In this document: positions 11,043-19,448 of the stretch, piece after piece | How positions within the stretch are numbered: the first letter of the stretch is position 1 | Layout of the letters: every line of letters begins with the position of its first letter | DNA from: an uncultured Deinococcales bacterium | GTDB lineage: Bacteria; Deinococcota; Deinococci; Deinococcales; JAAFIG01 | Assembly: GCA_964247135.1 (NCBI GenBank) | Contig: CAXTTL010000001.1 | Span: 32,001-96,000, forward strand | Direction: 5' to 3' | Length of the DNA stretch: 64,000 bases | The notes under the pieces: model-generated | The model's input: the letters and a program-made list of their open reading frames with translations, nothing else | Databases searched by the model: none | Told to the model about the DNA's origin: nothing | Made by a program: the position numbers and the translations under genes

Positions 11043-12652
11043 AGAAAGAACTGGTGGTTCTCGGGCTGTGCATGGTGGCGGCAGTCGGTATGGCGTTGAC
11101 GCAATCTCTTGGACAAGGACAGCGCATCCTGCGGCTTGACAATGCCGCACCCGCCGAACTCGATCCGCACATTGGCAATGATTACTCGGCATCGGTGCTG
11201 GCGTACAACGTTTACGATACACTGGTGATGCCAGACCCAGACAACGGGGTGAAACCATCCGTTGCCACCAAATGGACCGTTTCCAACGGCGGCAAACGTT
11301 TTACCTTCACCTTGCGTCCGAACGTTAAATTTCACGATGGCAGCACACTCGAGGCAAGCGATGTGGTTTTCAGTTACGAGCGCACCAAAGCCGTGGATCA
11401 GGGGTTTTCTTACCTCTTCCAAGGCTGGGTGACTGGCGTCAAAGCCGTCGGCAAAACGGTGGTGCAATTTGACCTTTCAGGCACGTATGCACCCTTCCTC
11501 TCGACCTTGGTGCGCCTGCCCATCGTCAACAAAGACCTGGTGTTAAAGAACAAAAAAGACGGCAAGTTCGGCGCGAACGGCGATTACGGACAAGCCTTCC
11601 TCTCGGGCAACGACGCGGGTTCGGGCGCATACCGCGTGACCCAACACAACCCGCAAACCCTGACGGTACTCGAGAAATTCAAAGATTACTTCCTGGGCTT
11701 TAATCCCAAAGCCCCAGATGTCGTGCGCCAACTGTACAGCGTCGAATCTGCCACGATGCGCACCCTGATGGCACGCAAAGAACACGAAATCTCGAGCCAA
11801 TGGCATCCGCAAGAAGTCCTCAAAGCCCTGGCAACTCAACCAGGCATCAGCCTGATTACCGAAGGCAGCGGCGGGTCGCTCATGTTTAAACTCAACACCC
11901 AACGCGCCCCAACCGACGACGTGAACTTCCGCAAAGCGATGGCGCTCGCCTTTGATTACAGCGAACTGGTTTCCGCATTAAAAGTCACCGATAAAATCTC
12001 GGCAGGTGTTGCCGCTCGAGGTCCTATCGCCGCGAGCTTGCCAGGGTTTGATAAAGCTTTGGTCGCGCCAAAACGCAACTTGGATGCCGCCAAAGCCGCC
12101 CTCGCCAAATCCAAGTACGCCAACCAACTCGACAAAGCCGTGGTGGACATGGTTTGGGTCGCCGAAGCGCCGTTTGAAGAAAAAATGGCGCTGTTGATGC
12201 AACAAAACCTGGGCGAGATTGGCATCAAAGTCAACCTCACCAAACTCCCCTGGGCAACACTCACCGAACGCTTCGTCAAAGCCGACCAAACACCCAACAC
12301 CTACCCGCTCTTCACCGGGCTTTCCTACCCAGACCCAGACGGACTCTTGTACGTGATGTACTCGAGCAAAGCCGCAGGCACCTTCTGGAGTTCGAGTTGG
12401 GTCAAAGATGCCGAGATCGACAAAGCCCTCGATGATGCCCGCCGGCTCAGCGACGTGAGCAAACGCATGGACTTGTACAAAAAAGTTCAAGAACGCCTGG
12501 TTGGAATGCAATCGGATATTTACGCCTACGACAACTTGGCGGTGTTCGCCAAACAAGATTACGTCAAAGTCCCGACGCTCGAGAATGAAGGGCAGAGCGT
12601 GTCCACGATTGGGGCGAACTGGTTGTTCAGGTTGATTGAAGTCAACAACTGA
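11039..12652 (+). CDS. Peptide/nickel-type ABC substrate-binding protein (family 5)
   Basis: Signal peptide, LDPH, YDTLV, FTLRPNVKFHDGS, GSGAY, DVNFRKAM. Confidence 0.93.
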   Translation: MKKELVVLGLCMVAAVGMALTQSLGQGQRILRLDNAAPAELDPHIGNDYSASVLAYNVYDTLVMPDPDNGVKPSVATKWTVSNGGKRFTFTLRPNVKFHDGSTLEASDVVFSYERTKAVDQGFSYLFQGWVTGVKAVGKTVVQFDLSGTYAPFLSTLVRLPIVNKDLVLKNKKDGKFGANGDYGQAFLSGNDAGSGAYRVTQHNPQTLTVLEKFKDYFLGFNPKAPDVVRQLYSVESATMRTLMARKEHEISSQWHPQEVLKALATQPGISLITEGSGGSLMFKLNTQRAPTDDVNFRKAMALAFDYSELVSALKVTDKISAGVAARGPIAASLPGFDKALVAPKRNLDAAKAALAKSKYANQLDKAVVDMVWVAEAPFEEKMALLMQQNLGEIGIKVNLTKLPWATLTERFVKADQTPNTYPLFTGLSYPDPDGLLYVMYSSKAAGTFWSSSWVKDAEIDKALDDARRLSDVSKRMDLYKKVQERLVGMQSDIYAYDNLAVFAKQDYVKVPTLENEGQSVSTIGANWLFRLIEVNN

Positions 12653-12661
12653 TTGAAATGG

Positions 12662-12697
12662 GGTGGCTCGAGGGATTGGTTTCTCGAGCCACCTTTT
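12662..12697 (+). terminator. Intrinsic terminator with CTCGAG-containing arms
   Basis: GGTGGCTCGAG / CTCGAGCCACC 11-bp perfect stem followed by TTTT. Confidence 0.75.
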
Positions 12698-12734
12698 GGG
12701 GGGCGGTGCGGTTATTGGTGGTGGGATTGTTGGC

Positions 12735-12758
12735 GGTGCGCTCGAGAGCGCACCCTAC
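12735..12758 (-). repeat. GTAG-family REP (GTAGGGTGCGCTCTCGAGCGCACC)
   Basis: GTAG tail plus GGTGCGCTC/GAGCGCACC hairpin on the minus strand. Confidence 0.9.
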
Positions 12759-13002
12759 GGGGTGGGCGGGGCATGTGAATGGTTTTAATGTGGTTCATTC
12801 TGAATTAATAAATTGATCCCCAAAAAATACGCATACGACTCGAGATTCATGTATTCCTCGAGATTACGTCCGAGAGATTACAAAATCACAGTTGAAGGTT
12901 TTGCTCGACTTGTAAATTTATGGATTTTCAAATTGATAAAAAAATCTATTTCGTTTCGTTCGCATTCATTCACAACGTATTACACACATCGACCAGTCAC
13001 CT

Positions 13003-13542
13003 TCATCCCACAAATTTCTCTTCAACCCTCAAACCCTCGCGCCAATCTTCTGGGTATACCCCTTGCGAAACACACCGATGAAACGTACTCCACTCCCAAT
13101 CCCTGACCTTCGAGACCAACCCATGCTTGACCGGGTTGTAATGAACGTAATCCATGCAGCGTTCAAAATTGGCATCATCCCGAACTTGATGCTCCCAAAA
13201 CCGCCTCTGCCAAATGCTCGTTTCGCGTCGCGCCACCCGAGACGCGCTCAACCTCGAGTCGTTCCTGATTTCTGGCAGGGCTTTGCTGCACAATTGCTTG
13301 ATCATGTTCCAACGCAAGCTGAAATTGGTGTCATCTTCGGGCAGTGTCCAAATGGTGTGCAGGTGGTCGGGCAGCAACACCCAAGCATCAATCGTGAACG
13401 GATGATGGCTTCGGGTGCGCGTCACCGCCTCGCGCAGCGCTGCCCGAAATGCAGGCTCGAGCAAAATGGGTTGCCGTTGATGCGTGACCACCGTGAAAAA
13501 AAACGTGCCGCCAGGGGCATTGGCGCGGCGATAATTCGGCAT
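13003..13542 (-). CDS. rayT: REP-associated tyrosine transposase (RAYT, HUH Y1 family)
   Basis: MPNYRR...[13 protein letters not shown] motif [35 protein letters not shown]; flanked by REPs; leaderless TATACT-6nt-ATG. Confidence 0.93.
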   Translation of the reverse strand: MPNYRRANAPGGTFFFTVVTHQRQPILLEPAFRAALREAVTRTRSHHPFTIDAWVLLPDHLHTIWTLPEDDTNFSLRWNMIKQLCSKALPEIRNDSRLSASRVARRETSIWQRRFWEHQVRDDANFERCMDYVHYNPVKHGLVSKVRDWEWSTFHRCVSQGVYPEDWREGLRVEEKFVG

Positions 13543-13623
13543 GGCTCGAGTATAAGATTTTGGGATGTTCGTGCATGTGATATATCCGCACACCGATTTC
13601 CCGCAATTTTATCCCGATCCCCC

Positions 13624-13647
13624 GTAGGGTGCGCTCTCGAGCGCACC
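13624..13647 (+). repeat. GTAG-family REP
   Basis: GTAGGGTGCGCTCTCGAGCGCACC. Confidence 0.9.
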
Positions 13648-13778
13648 GCCAACAATCCCACCACCAATAACCACACCGCCCCCCATCTCGAGCACACCCC
13701 CAAAACATCCAATTTCCACATGTTCCCACGCTTTCAAGACCGTCAATCACCCGCATCCCCCATTCAGGTACACCCCTG

Positions 13779-14810
13779 ATGCTCACCTTCCTGACCTACA
13801 TCGCCCGTCGCCTGTTCTCCTCCATTGTCGTGCTCATCGGCGTTTCAATCCTGGTTTTCGTGATCGCTCGAGTCATCCCTGGCGACCCCGCCCGCATCGC
13901 CCTTGGTCCAATGGCATCACAAGAATCCATCAAGAATTTGCGCTTCGAGTTGTACCTGGATCGCCCTTTGCCTTTGCAGTACCTCGAGTTTGTGCGGCGT
14001 TTACTCAAGGGTGATCTTGGCACGAGTTTGTACACGCGGCGCGCGGTCACGGCAGACCTCGAGCAGTTTTTCCCAGCCACCCTCGAGTTGGTACTGGCGA
14101 GTGGTTTGTTGATGGTGGTGTTTGGTTTGCCTTTGGGGGTGCTGGCGGCGCGGTATCGCAATCGCTTGCCCGACAACGTGGCTCGAGTCTTTGCGATTCT
14201 TGGGGTGGTCACCCCCAATTTTGTCTGGGCAATTTTTTTGATCTTGATGTTTGCCTATTGGGTGGCGATTCTGCCCGTGGCTGGGCAACAATCGGATACG
14301 TTTTTGCTGCCGAAGAAAATCACAGGTTTTTTGATGCTTGATTCGATTTTGACGGGGCAATGGGCAATGTTCTGGGATGCGCTGAGGCATTTGATCTTGC
14401 CTGCGGCGGCGCTGGCGTTTGCGGGTTTGGGGCAGACCGCACGCCTGACTCGAGCGAACATGCTCGATTCTTACGGCAAGCCTTACATCGAGATGGCTCG
14501 AGCTTTTGGCATCAGTGAACTCGAGATTGCCACCAAGTACGCGCTGCGTCCCGCACTCATTCCGACGCTGACCATTTTAGGGCTTGATTTTGCCGCGATG
14601 CTTGGCGGGGCGTTTTTGGTCGAGGCGGTCTTCAACTGGCCCGGCATGGCGCGTTACGCCGTGCAAGCGATTTTGCACAAAGACCTGAACGCGATTGTCG
14701 GCACGACCCTGGTGATCGCGGTGTTCTTTTTACTGGTCAACATCGTGGTGGATTTGATCGTTGGTTACGTCAACCCTCGGATTCGTTTTCACGAGGAGGC
14801 TCGAGGATGA
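13779..14810 (+). CDS. Peptide ABC transporter permease (DppB-type)
   Basis: IPGDPA, GDLGTS, FPATLEL, LILPA, VEAVFNWPGM. Confidence 0.93.
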   Translation: MLTFLTYIARRLFSSIVVLIGVSILVFVIARVIPGDPARIALGPMASQESIKNLRFELYLDRPLPLQYLEFVRRLLKGDLGTSLYTRRAVTADLEQFFPATLELVLASGLLMVVFGLPLGVLAARYRNRLPDNVARVFAILGVVTPNFVWAIFLILMFAYWVAILPVAGQQSDTFLLPKKITGFLMLDSILTGQWAMFWDALRHLILPAAALAFAGLGQTARLTRANMLDSYGKPYIEMARAFGISELEIATKYALRPALIPTLTILGLDFAAMLGGAFLVEAVFNWPGMARYAVQAILHKDLNAIVGTTLVIAVFFLLVNIVVDLIVGYVNPRIRFHEEARG

Positions 14811-15667
14811 CACTTTCTCCTGCCAGAATCTTTCGCTCGAGGTCTTGGTATCGCTTTTCACAAAACCCGCTGTCAGTGATCGGTTTGGGCATTGTGGTGT
14901 TGGTGGTGCTGCTGGCGATTCTTGCGCCGATCATCACGCCCTACCCGAAGCACGCGGGGCAGTTTGTGAATTTCAGTGCGGGCACTGCCGCACCGACATG
15001 GCAGTATTTGTTTGGCACGGACACCATTGGGCGTGATGTTTTGACGCGCATCATTTTTGGCTTGCGGGTCTCGCTCGCGCTTGGCGTGGTGGTCTTGGCA
15101 TTGGCTGTGCCCATTGGTGTGATTCTGGGTTTGATGGCGGGTTATTTTGGGCGGCACGTCGAACTGGTCATCATGCGAATCACCGATGTTTTTCTGGCAT
15201 TGCCACCTTTGGTGCTGGCGTTGGCGGTCTTGGGGTTTCTGGAGCCAAATTTGTTTAACGCCATGATGGCGGTGACCGTGATGTGGTGGCCATGGTACAC
15301 GCGATTGGTCTACAACCTCTCCCGTTCAATCCGCACCGAGGGTTTTGTCACCGCCAGCGAGGTGATGGGCGCCTCGAGATTCCATATTTTGTTCCGCGAG
15401 ATTCTGCCGAATTGCCTGCCCTCGATCTTGACCAAAATGACGCTCGACATGGGCTTTGTGATTCTGATTGGCGCGAGTTTGTCGTTTCTGGGCTTGGGTG
15501 TCCAACCGCCCACCCCAGACCTCGGTTCGATGGTCGCCGACGGCGCAAAATACCTGCCCGATGCCTGGTGGATTTCGGTCTTTCCTGGACTGGCGGTCTT
15601 GTTCTGCGTGCTCGGTTTTAATTTGCTCGGTGATGGCTTGCGCGATCTTTTGGACGTGGAGGTATGA
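14807..15667 (+). CDS. Peptide ABC transporter permease (DppC-type)
   Basis: FGTDTIGRDVLTRI, ILPN, LSFLGLGVQPPTP, FNLLGDGLRD. Confidence 0.93.
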   Translation: MTLSPARIFRSRSWYRFSQNPLSVIGLGIVVLVVLLAILAPIITPYPKHAGQFVNFSAGTAAPTWQYLFGTDTIGRDVLTRIIFGLRVSLALGVVVLALAVPIGVILGLMAGYFGRHVELVIMRITDVFLALPPLVLALAVLGFLEPNLFNAMMAVTVMWWPWYTRLVYNLSRSIRTEGFVTASEVMGASRFHILFREILPNCLPSILTKMTLDMGFVILIGASLSFLGLGVQPPTPDLGSMVADGAKYLPDAWWISVFPGLAVLFCVLGFNLLGDGLRDLLDVEV

Positions 15668-15729
15668 ACCACGATTTTGCCGTGTTGTGGGTTGTACAGT
15701 GCAATGTATGGCGAACCGTTCGGTGCGCT

Positions 15730-16003
15730 GTAGGGTGCGCTCAAGAGCGCACCGCATTGACACCCCATCCCTCGAGATTAAAACCCGCAACCCATGATTT
15801 TGTTATTACCAAAATTAACGTTTATATCATTCGTTTCTCGAGATTGAAAAACATTGCTGGTGGTTTTTTTGTTGCCAAAATGAATGTTTGCACAATGTGT
15901 TTCTCGAGATTCAAAAACATTTTTTGTGGTTTTTTTGATGGGTTGGGGTGGTGCGCTCGGGGTTGGTGGGTTTGTGGGCGGTGCGCTCGAGAGCGCACCC
16001 TAC
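15730..16003. repeat. REPIN-like element 1: inverted REP pair enclosing about 2.7 tandem 66-bp units
   Basis: GTAG-REP at 15730 (+) and at 15980-16003 (-); internal CTCGAGATT at 15771, 15837 and 15903 (66-bp period). Confidence 0.85.
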
Positions 16004-16016
16004 GGGTGAATTATTT

Positions 16017-16991
16017 ATGACAACGCCTCTCTTAAAAATCACCGATCTCCATTTGCGATTTAAACTCTTCGAGGGGGTTTCGCACGTGCTGGCGGGGGTC
16101 AACCTCGAGGTGCATCGCGGGGAACGGGTTGCGATTGTGGGCGAGTCGGGTTGCGGGAAATCTGTGACGTTGCGTTTGATTTTGGGTTTGTTGCGCGGCA
16201 AGAACATCATGGTTTCGGGCACAATCGAATTTGATGACCTCGAGATCAATGCTGCCAGCGATCAGAAATTGCGTGAGATTCGTGGGCGGCGCATTGGTAC
16301 GATTTTTCAAGACCCAATGGCTTCGCTCAATCCAACCTTTACGATTCTCGATCAGATGGGTGCGGTGATCCGACGTGGAGAGCCGAAAATTTCTCGAGTT
16401 GCTTTGCTCGAGAAAGCAAAGCACGCGCTTTCTCAGGTGGCGATCAATGATCCTTTGCGAGTGCTCGAGGCGTATCCGTTTCAACTTTCGGGCGGCTTAA
16501 ATCAGCGCGTCTTGATTGCGATGGCGCTGCTCAACGAACCCGAGTTGGTACTGGCGGACGAACCAGGCACGGCGCTCGATGTCACGGTGCAAGAGCAAAC
16601 CTTGCGTTTGATGCGAGAATTGACGCAGAACCTGAATTCGGCGGTGCTCTTGATTACCCACAACCTCGGCGTGGTGCGCGAGTTTGCGGATCGGGTCTAT
16701 GTGATGTACGCCGGCAGCGTGGTCGAGGAAGCCAGAACCACTGAACTCTTCGCCAATCCCAAGCATCCGTACACGCGGGCGTTGCTCGAGAGTGTGCCGA
16801 AATTGACGGGCACCAATTTGCCGCAGGGGATCGATGGTTTTGTGCCCGATTACACCAAGCCTCCTTTGGGTTGTCGCTTTCATCCGCGTTGCGCTCAGGC
16901 GACCCAAGCCTGCCAGACCTTGCCGCCTTTGCTCGAGGTGGCGCAAGGTCACAAGGTTGCCTGTGTGCTTTACGAGGGGGCGGCTGCATGA
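16017..16991 (+). CDS. Peptide ABC transporter ATP-binding protein (DppD-type)
   Basis: Walker A GESGCGKS, LSGG, LADEP, C-terminal GCRFHPRC. Confidence 0.94.
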   Translation: MTTPLLKITDLHLRFKLFEGVSHVLAGVNLEVHRGERVAIVGESGCGKSVTLRLILGLLRGKNIMVSGTIEFDDLEINAASDQKLREIRGRRIGTIFQDPMASLNPTFTILDQMGAVIRRGEPKISRVALLEKAKHALSQVAINDPLRVLEAYPFQLSGGLNQRVLIAMALLNEPELVLADEPGTALDVTVQEQTLRLMRELTQNLNSAVLLITHNLGVVREFADRVYVMYAGSVVEEARTTELFANPKHPYTRALLESVPKLTGTNLPQGIDGFVPDYTKPPLGCRFHPRCAQATQACQTLPPLLEVAQGHKVACVLYEGAAA

Positions 16992-17968
16992 CCGAGCCGT
17001 TGTTGCGTGCCACCAACCTCGCCAAGCATTACAAGACCCGTGCCAGCACCGTTAGGGCGCTTGATGGGGTCAACCTCGAGGTGTTTGAAGGTGAAACCCT
17101 GGCGGTGGTCGGCGAATCGGGTTCGGGCAAGACCACGCTGGCAAACCTGATCTTGGGCATCGAAGCGCCAAGCATGGGTGAACTGGTGTTCCGTGGCACG
17201 GCGTTGACCGCCAAACGCACGCTCGAGTTGAGGCGACGCATTCAGTACGTGCAACAAAATCCGATGACCACGCTCAACCCACGCCGCACGGTGTTTCAGA
17301 GCATCAGTCTGGCACTCGAGACGCATAAGTTGCGACCCCGTGCCGAGCGGCGTGCTCGGGTGGCAGAGTTGCTCGAGGTGGTGGGCATGAGTGTCGAGAA
17401 CCTGGATCGGTTTCCGAATGCGCTCTCGGGTGGGCAGCGTCAACGCGTGGCAATTGCTCGAGCGCTGGCGGCAGAACCGCAATTGTTGGTGCTCGACGAG
17501 CCGACCTCGGCGCTGGATGTCAGCGTGCAAGCCAAAGTGTTGACCCTGTTGGTCGAACTGCAAGCAAAATTTAAGCTCACCTACTTGTTCATCACGCACG
17601 ATCTGGGTGTGGTTCGCAATGTGGCAAACCGTGTGGCGGTGATGTATCGCGGCAAAAACGTCGAGCTTGGACCCACGCCCGAATTGTTCCGCGACCCTGA
17701 ACATCCGTACACCCGCATGTTGATCTCCTCGATTCCGGTGGTCAGCCTCGAGGAAGAACAACTGAAACCTGTCTGGGCGTGGGATCGCAACCTGGTGCTC
17801 TCGAGCGAAATGACCTCGAGTGGCTGCGGTTTTGCGCCGCGTTGCCCGTATGCCGAAGATGCTTGCCGCACTCAAATACCAGCACTCTCGAGCGTTCGCA
17901 GCGATCATCTGGCGGCGTGTCACATGGTCTCGGGCGTGATGAAGCAAAAAATGAATCAAGGAGGCTAG
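16988..17968 (+). CDS. Peptide ABC transporter ATP-binding protein (DppF-type)
   Basis: GESGSGKT, LSGGQRQR, LDEPTSALDVSVQA, GCGFAPRCP. Confidence 0.94.
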   Translation: MTEPLLRATNLAKHYKTRASTVRALDGVNLEVFEGETLAVVGESGSGKTTLANLILGIEAPSMGELVFRGTALTAKRTLELRRRIQYVQQNPMTTLNPRRTVFQSISLALETHKLRPRAERRARVAELLEVVGMSVENLDRFPNALSGGQRQRVAIARALAAEPQLLVLDEPTSALDVSVQAKVLTLLVELQAKFKLTYLFITHDLGVVRNVANRVAVMYRGKNVELGPTPELFRDPEHPYTRMLISSIPVVSLEEEQLKPVWAWDRNLVLSSEMTSSGCGFAPRCPYAEDACRTQIPALSSVRSDHLAACHMVSGVMKQKMNQGG

Positions 17969-17969
17969 G

Positions 17970-19139
17970 ATGCTCAAAGCAAAACTCGGTGAGGTTCAAG
18001 CGTATTTGCGCGAGGCAAAGCTTGACGGTTGGTTGCTGTTCGATTTTCGGGGCATGAACCCCTTCGTCAAACGTGTTCTGAGTCTCGAGGGCAAGGGCTT
18101 GTTGACGCGGCGTTGGTTTGTCTGGATTCCCGCACAGGGCGACCCGAGCGTCACAGTTCACGCCATCGAGCACGGTTCTTTTCCCGAAACCGGTTTTGCC
18201 ACCTCGAGTTACTCGAGTCGCAGCGACCTGAGCGAAAAATTGCGAGAAACGCTTGGCAATGCCAAACGCATCGTCATGGAATACTCGCCGCAAAACAACA
18301 ACCCGTATGTTTCCAAGGTGGATGCTGGCACAGTCGAACTCGTGCGTGGCTTGGGTGTTGAAGTTTTCAGTTCTGGCGACATCCTGCAATTGTTTTTGGC
18401 ATGGAGCGACACGCAACTCGAGAACCACAGAAAAGCCTCTCAAGCCCTCACCGAAACCAAAGATGCGGCGCTCGGTTTGATCCGCGAACATGCCTCGAGC
18501 CAAAAACCGCTAACCGAATACGAGTTGCAATCGTTCATGTGCCGTCAGATGGAACAACGCGGCATGATTTACGACCACGCGCCAATCGTCTGCTTTGGAC
18601 GAACCTCCAACGACCCGCATTACACCCCGTCTGAAACGCATTCCAACCCGCTCGAGCCTGGGGCAATTTTGATGGATTTGTTCTGTCAAACCTCCAAAAA
18701 CGATCCCTTTGCAGACATCACCTGGATGGCGCACCTTGGCACACCCTCTGCCGAATTCATGCGTGCGTTTGATCGCGTCACCGCCTCTCGAGATGCAGGT
18801 GTGAATTTTCTGCGTTCAAGGCTCGAGGCGGGCAATGACGTTCAAGGCTTTGAAGTCGATCAGGTTGTGCGTCAAGTTTTGATTGACGCAGGTTACGAAA
18901 AATATTTGTTGCACCGCACCGGTCACAGCCTCGGCTGCACTGCCGTGCATGGCGATGTCGCGCATTTTGACGGCATCGAAACCCTCGACGAACGCCGTGT
19001 TTTGCCGCGCCTTGGCTTCACCATCGAACCAGGCGTCTACCTGCCCGAATTTGGTGTGCGCAGCGAAATCAATGTGTACAGCCTCGAGCGTGGTCTCGAG
19101 ATCACCACCGCCATTCAACACGCATTGGACGTGATTTGA
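17970..19139 (+). CDS. M24 family metallopeptidase (Xaa-Pro aminopeptidase-like)
   Basis: DGWLLFDFRG, PHY, ADITW, HRTGHSLG, FTIEPGVY, GVRSE. Confidence 0.9.
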   Translation: MLKAKLGEVQAYLREAKLDGWLLFDFRGMNPFVKRVLSLEGKGLLTRRWFVWIPAQGDPSVTVHAIEHGSFPETGFATSSYSSRSDLSEKLRETLGNAKRIVMEYSPQNNNPYVSKVDAGTVELVRGLGVEVFSSGDILQLFLAWSDTQLENHRKASQALTETKDAALGLIREHASSQKPLTEYELQSFMCRQMEQRGMIYDHAPIVCFGRTSNDPHYTPSETHSNPLEPGAILMDLFCQTSKNDPFADITWMAHLGTPSAEFMRAFDRVTASRDAGVNFLRSRLEAGNDVQGFEVDQVVRQVLIDAGYEKYLLHRTGHSLGCTAVHGDVAHFDGIETLDERRVLPRLGFTIEPGVYLPEFGVRSEINVYSLERGLEITTAIQHALDVI

Positions 19140-19177
19140 TGTTTCAAACCACCCCCGCGATGTTCCAAACAACACCC

Positions 19178-19393
19178 GTAGGGTGCGCTCTCGAGCGCAC
19201 CGCCCACAAACCCACCCATCTCGAGCGCACCCCCACACCCCCCAACCCCAACAAAAAAATCACACAAAATGCTTTTGAACCTCGAGAAACGAATGATGTA
19301 AATGTTGTGTTTGGCAACAAAAAAATCATGGGCAATGCTTTTGAACCTCGAGCAATGTGATGCCAATGTGGTGCGCTCAAGAGCGCACCCTAC
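19178..19393. repeat. REPIN-like element 2: inverted copy of element 1 with one fewer 66-bp unit
   Basis: GTAG-REP at 19178 (+) and at 19370-19393 (-); CTCGAG at 19281 and 19347 (66 bp apart); the flank CACCCGTAGGGTGCGCTCTCGAGCGCACCGCCCACAAACCCACC is shared with element 1. Confidence 0.85.
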
Positions 19394-19448
19394 TACAATT
19401 TTTTGCAATTAAAATTTCGCATCAATTTAATACCATCAGGAGGAATCC

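Larger units (their letters stand above)
12698..13684. mobile_element. RAYT module: rayT gene bracketed by 65-bp inverted repeats that each contain a GTAG-type REP
   Basis: 12698-12762 and 13620-13684 are reverse complements with one mismatch; the module lies between the binding-protein and permease genes of an ABC operon. Confidence 0.85.

Noticed and set aside
12813-13106. 97-aa ORF in the AT-rich part of the RAYT module
   Set aside because: TTG start without a clear RBS, overlaps the rayT 3' end in antisense, no recognisable motif
15771-15950. 66-bp periodic repeats as a CRISPR array
   Set aside because: Whole units are homologous along their length, with no repeat/unique-spacer alternation, at most three units, and no cas genes in the window
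15664-16020. 118-aa ORF (also 19115-19408 and 19136-19360) as genes
   Set aside because: They are translations of the REP/REPIN sequence (VGCALERT-type peptides) with no independent support as CDS
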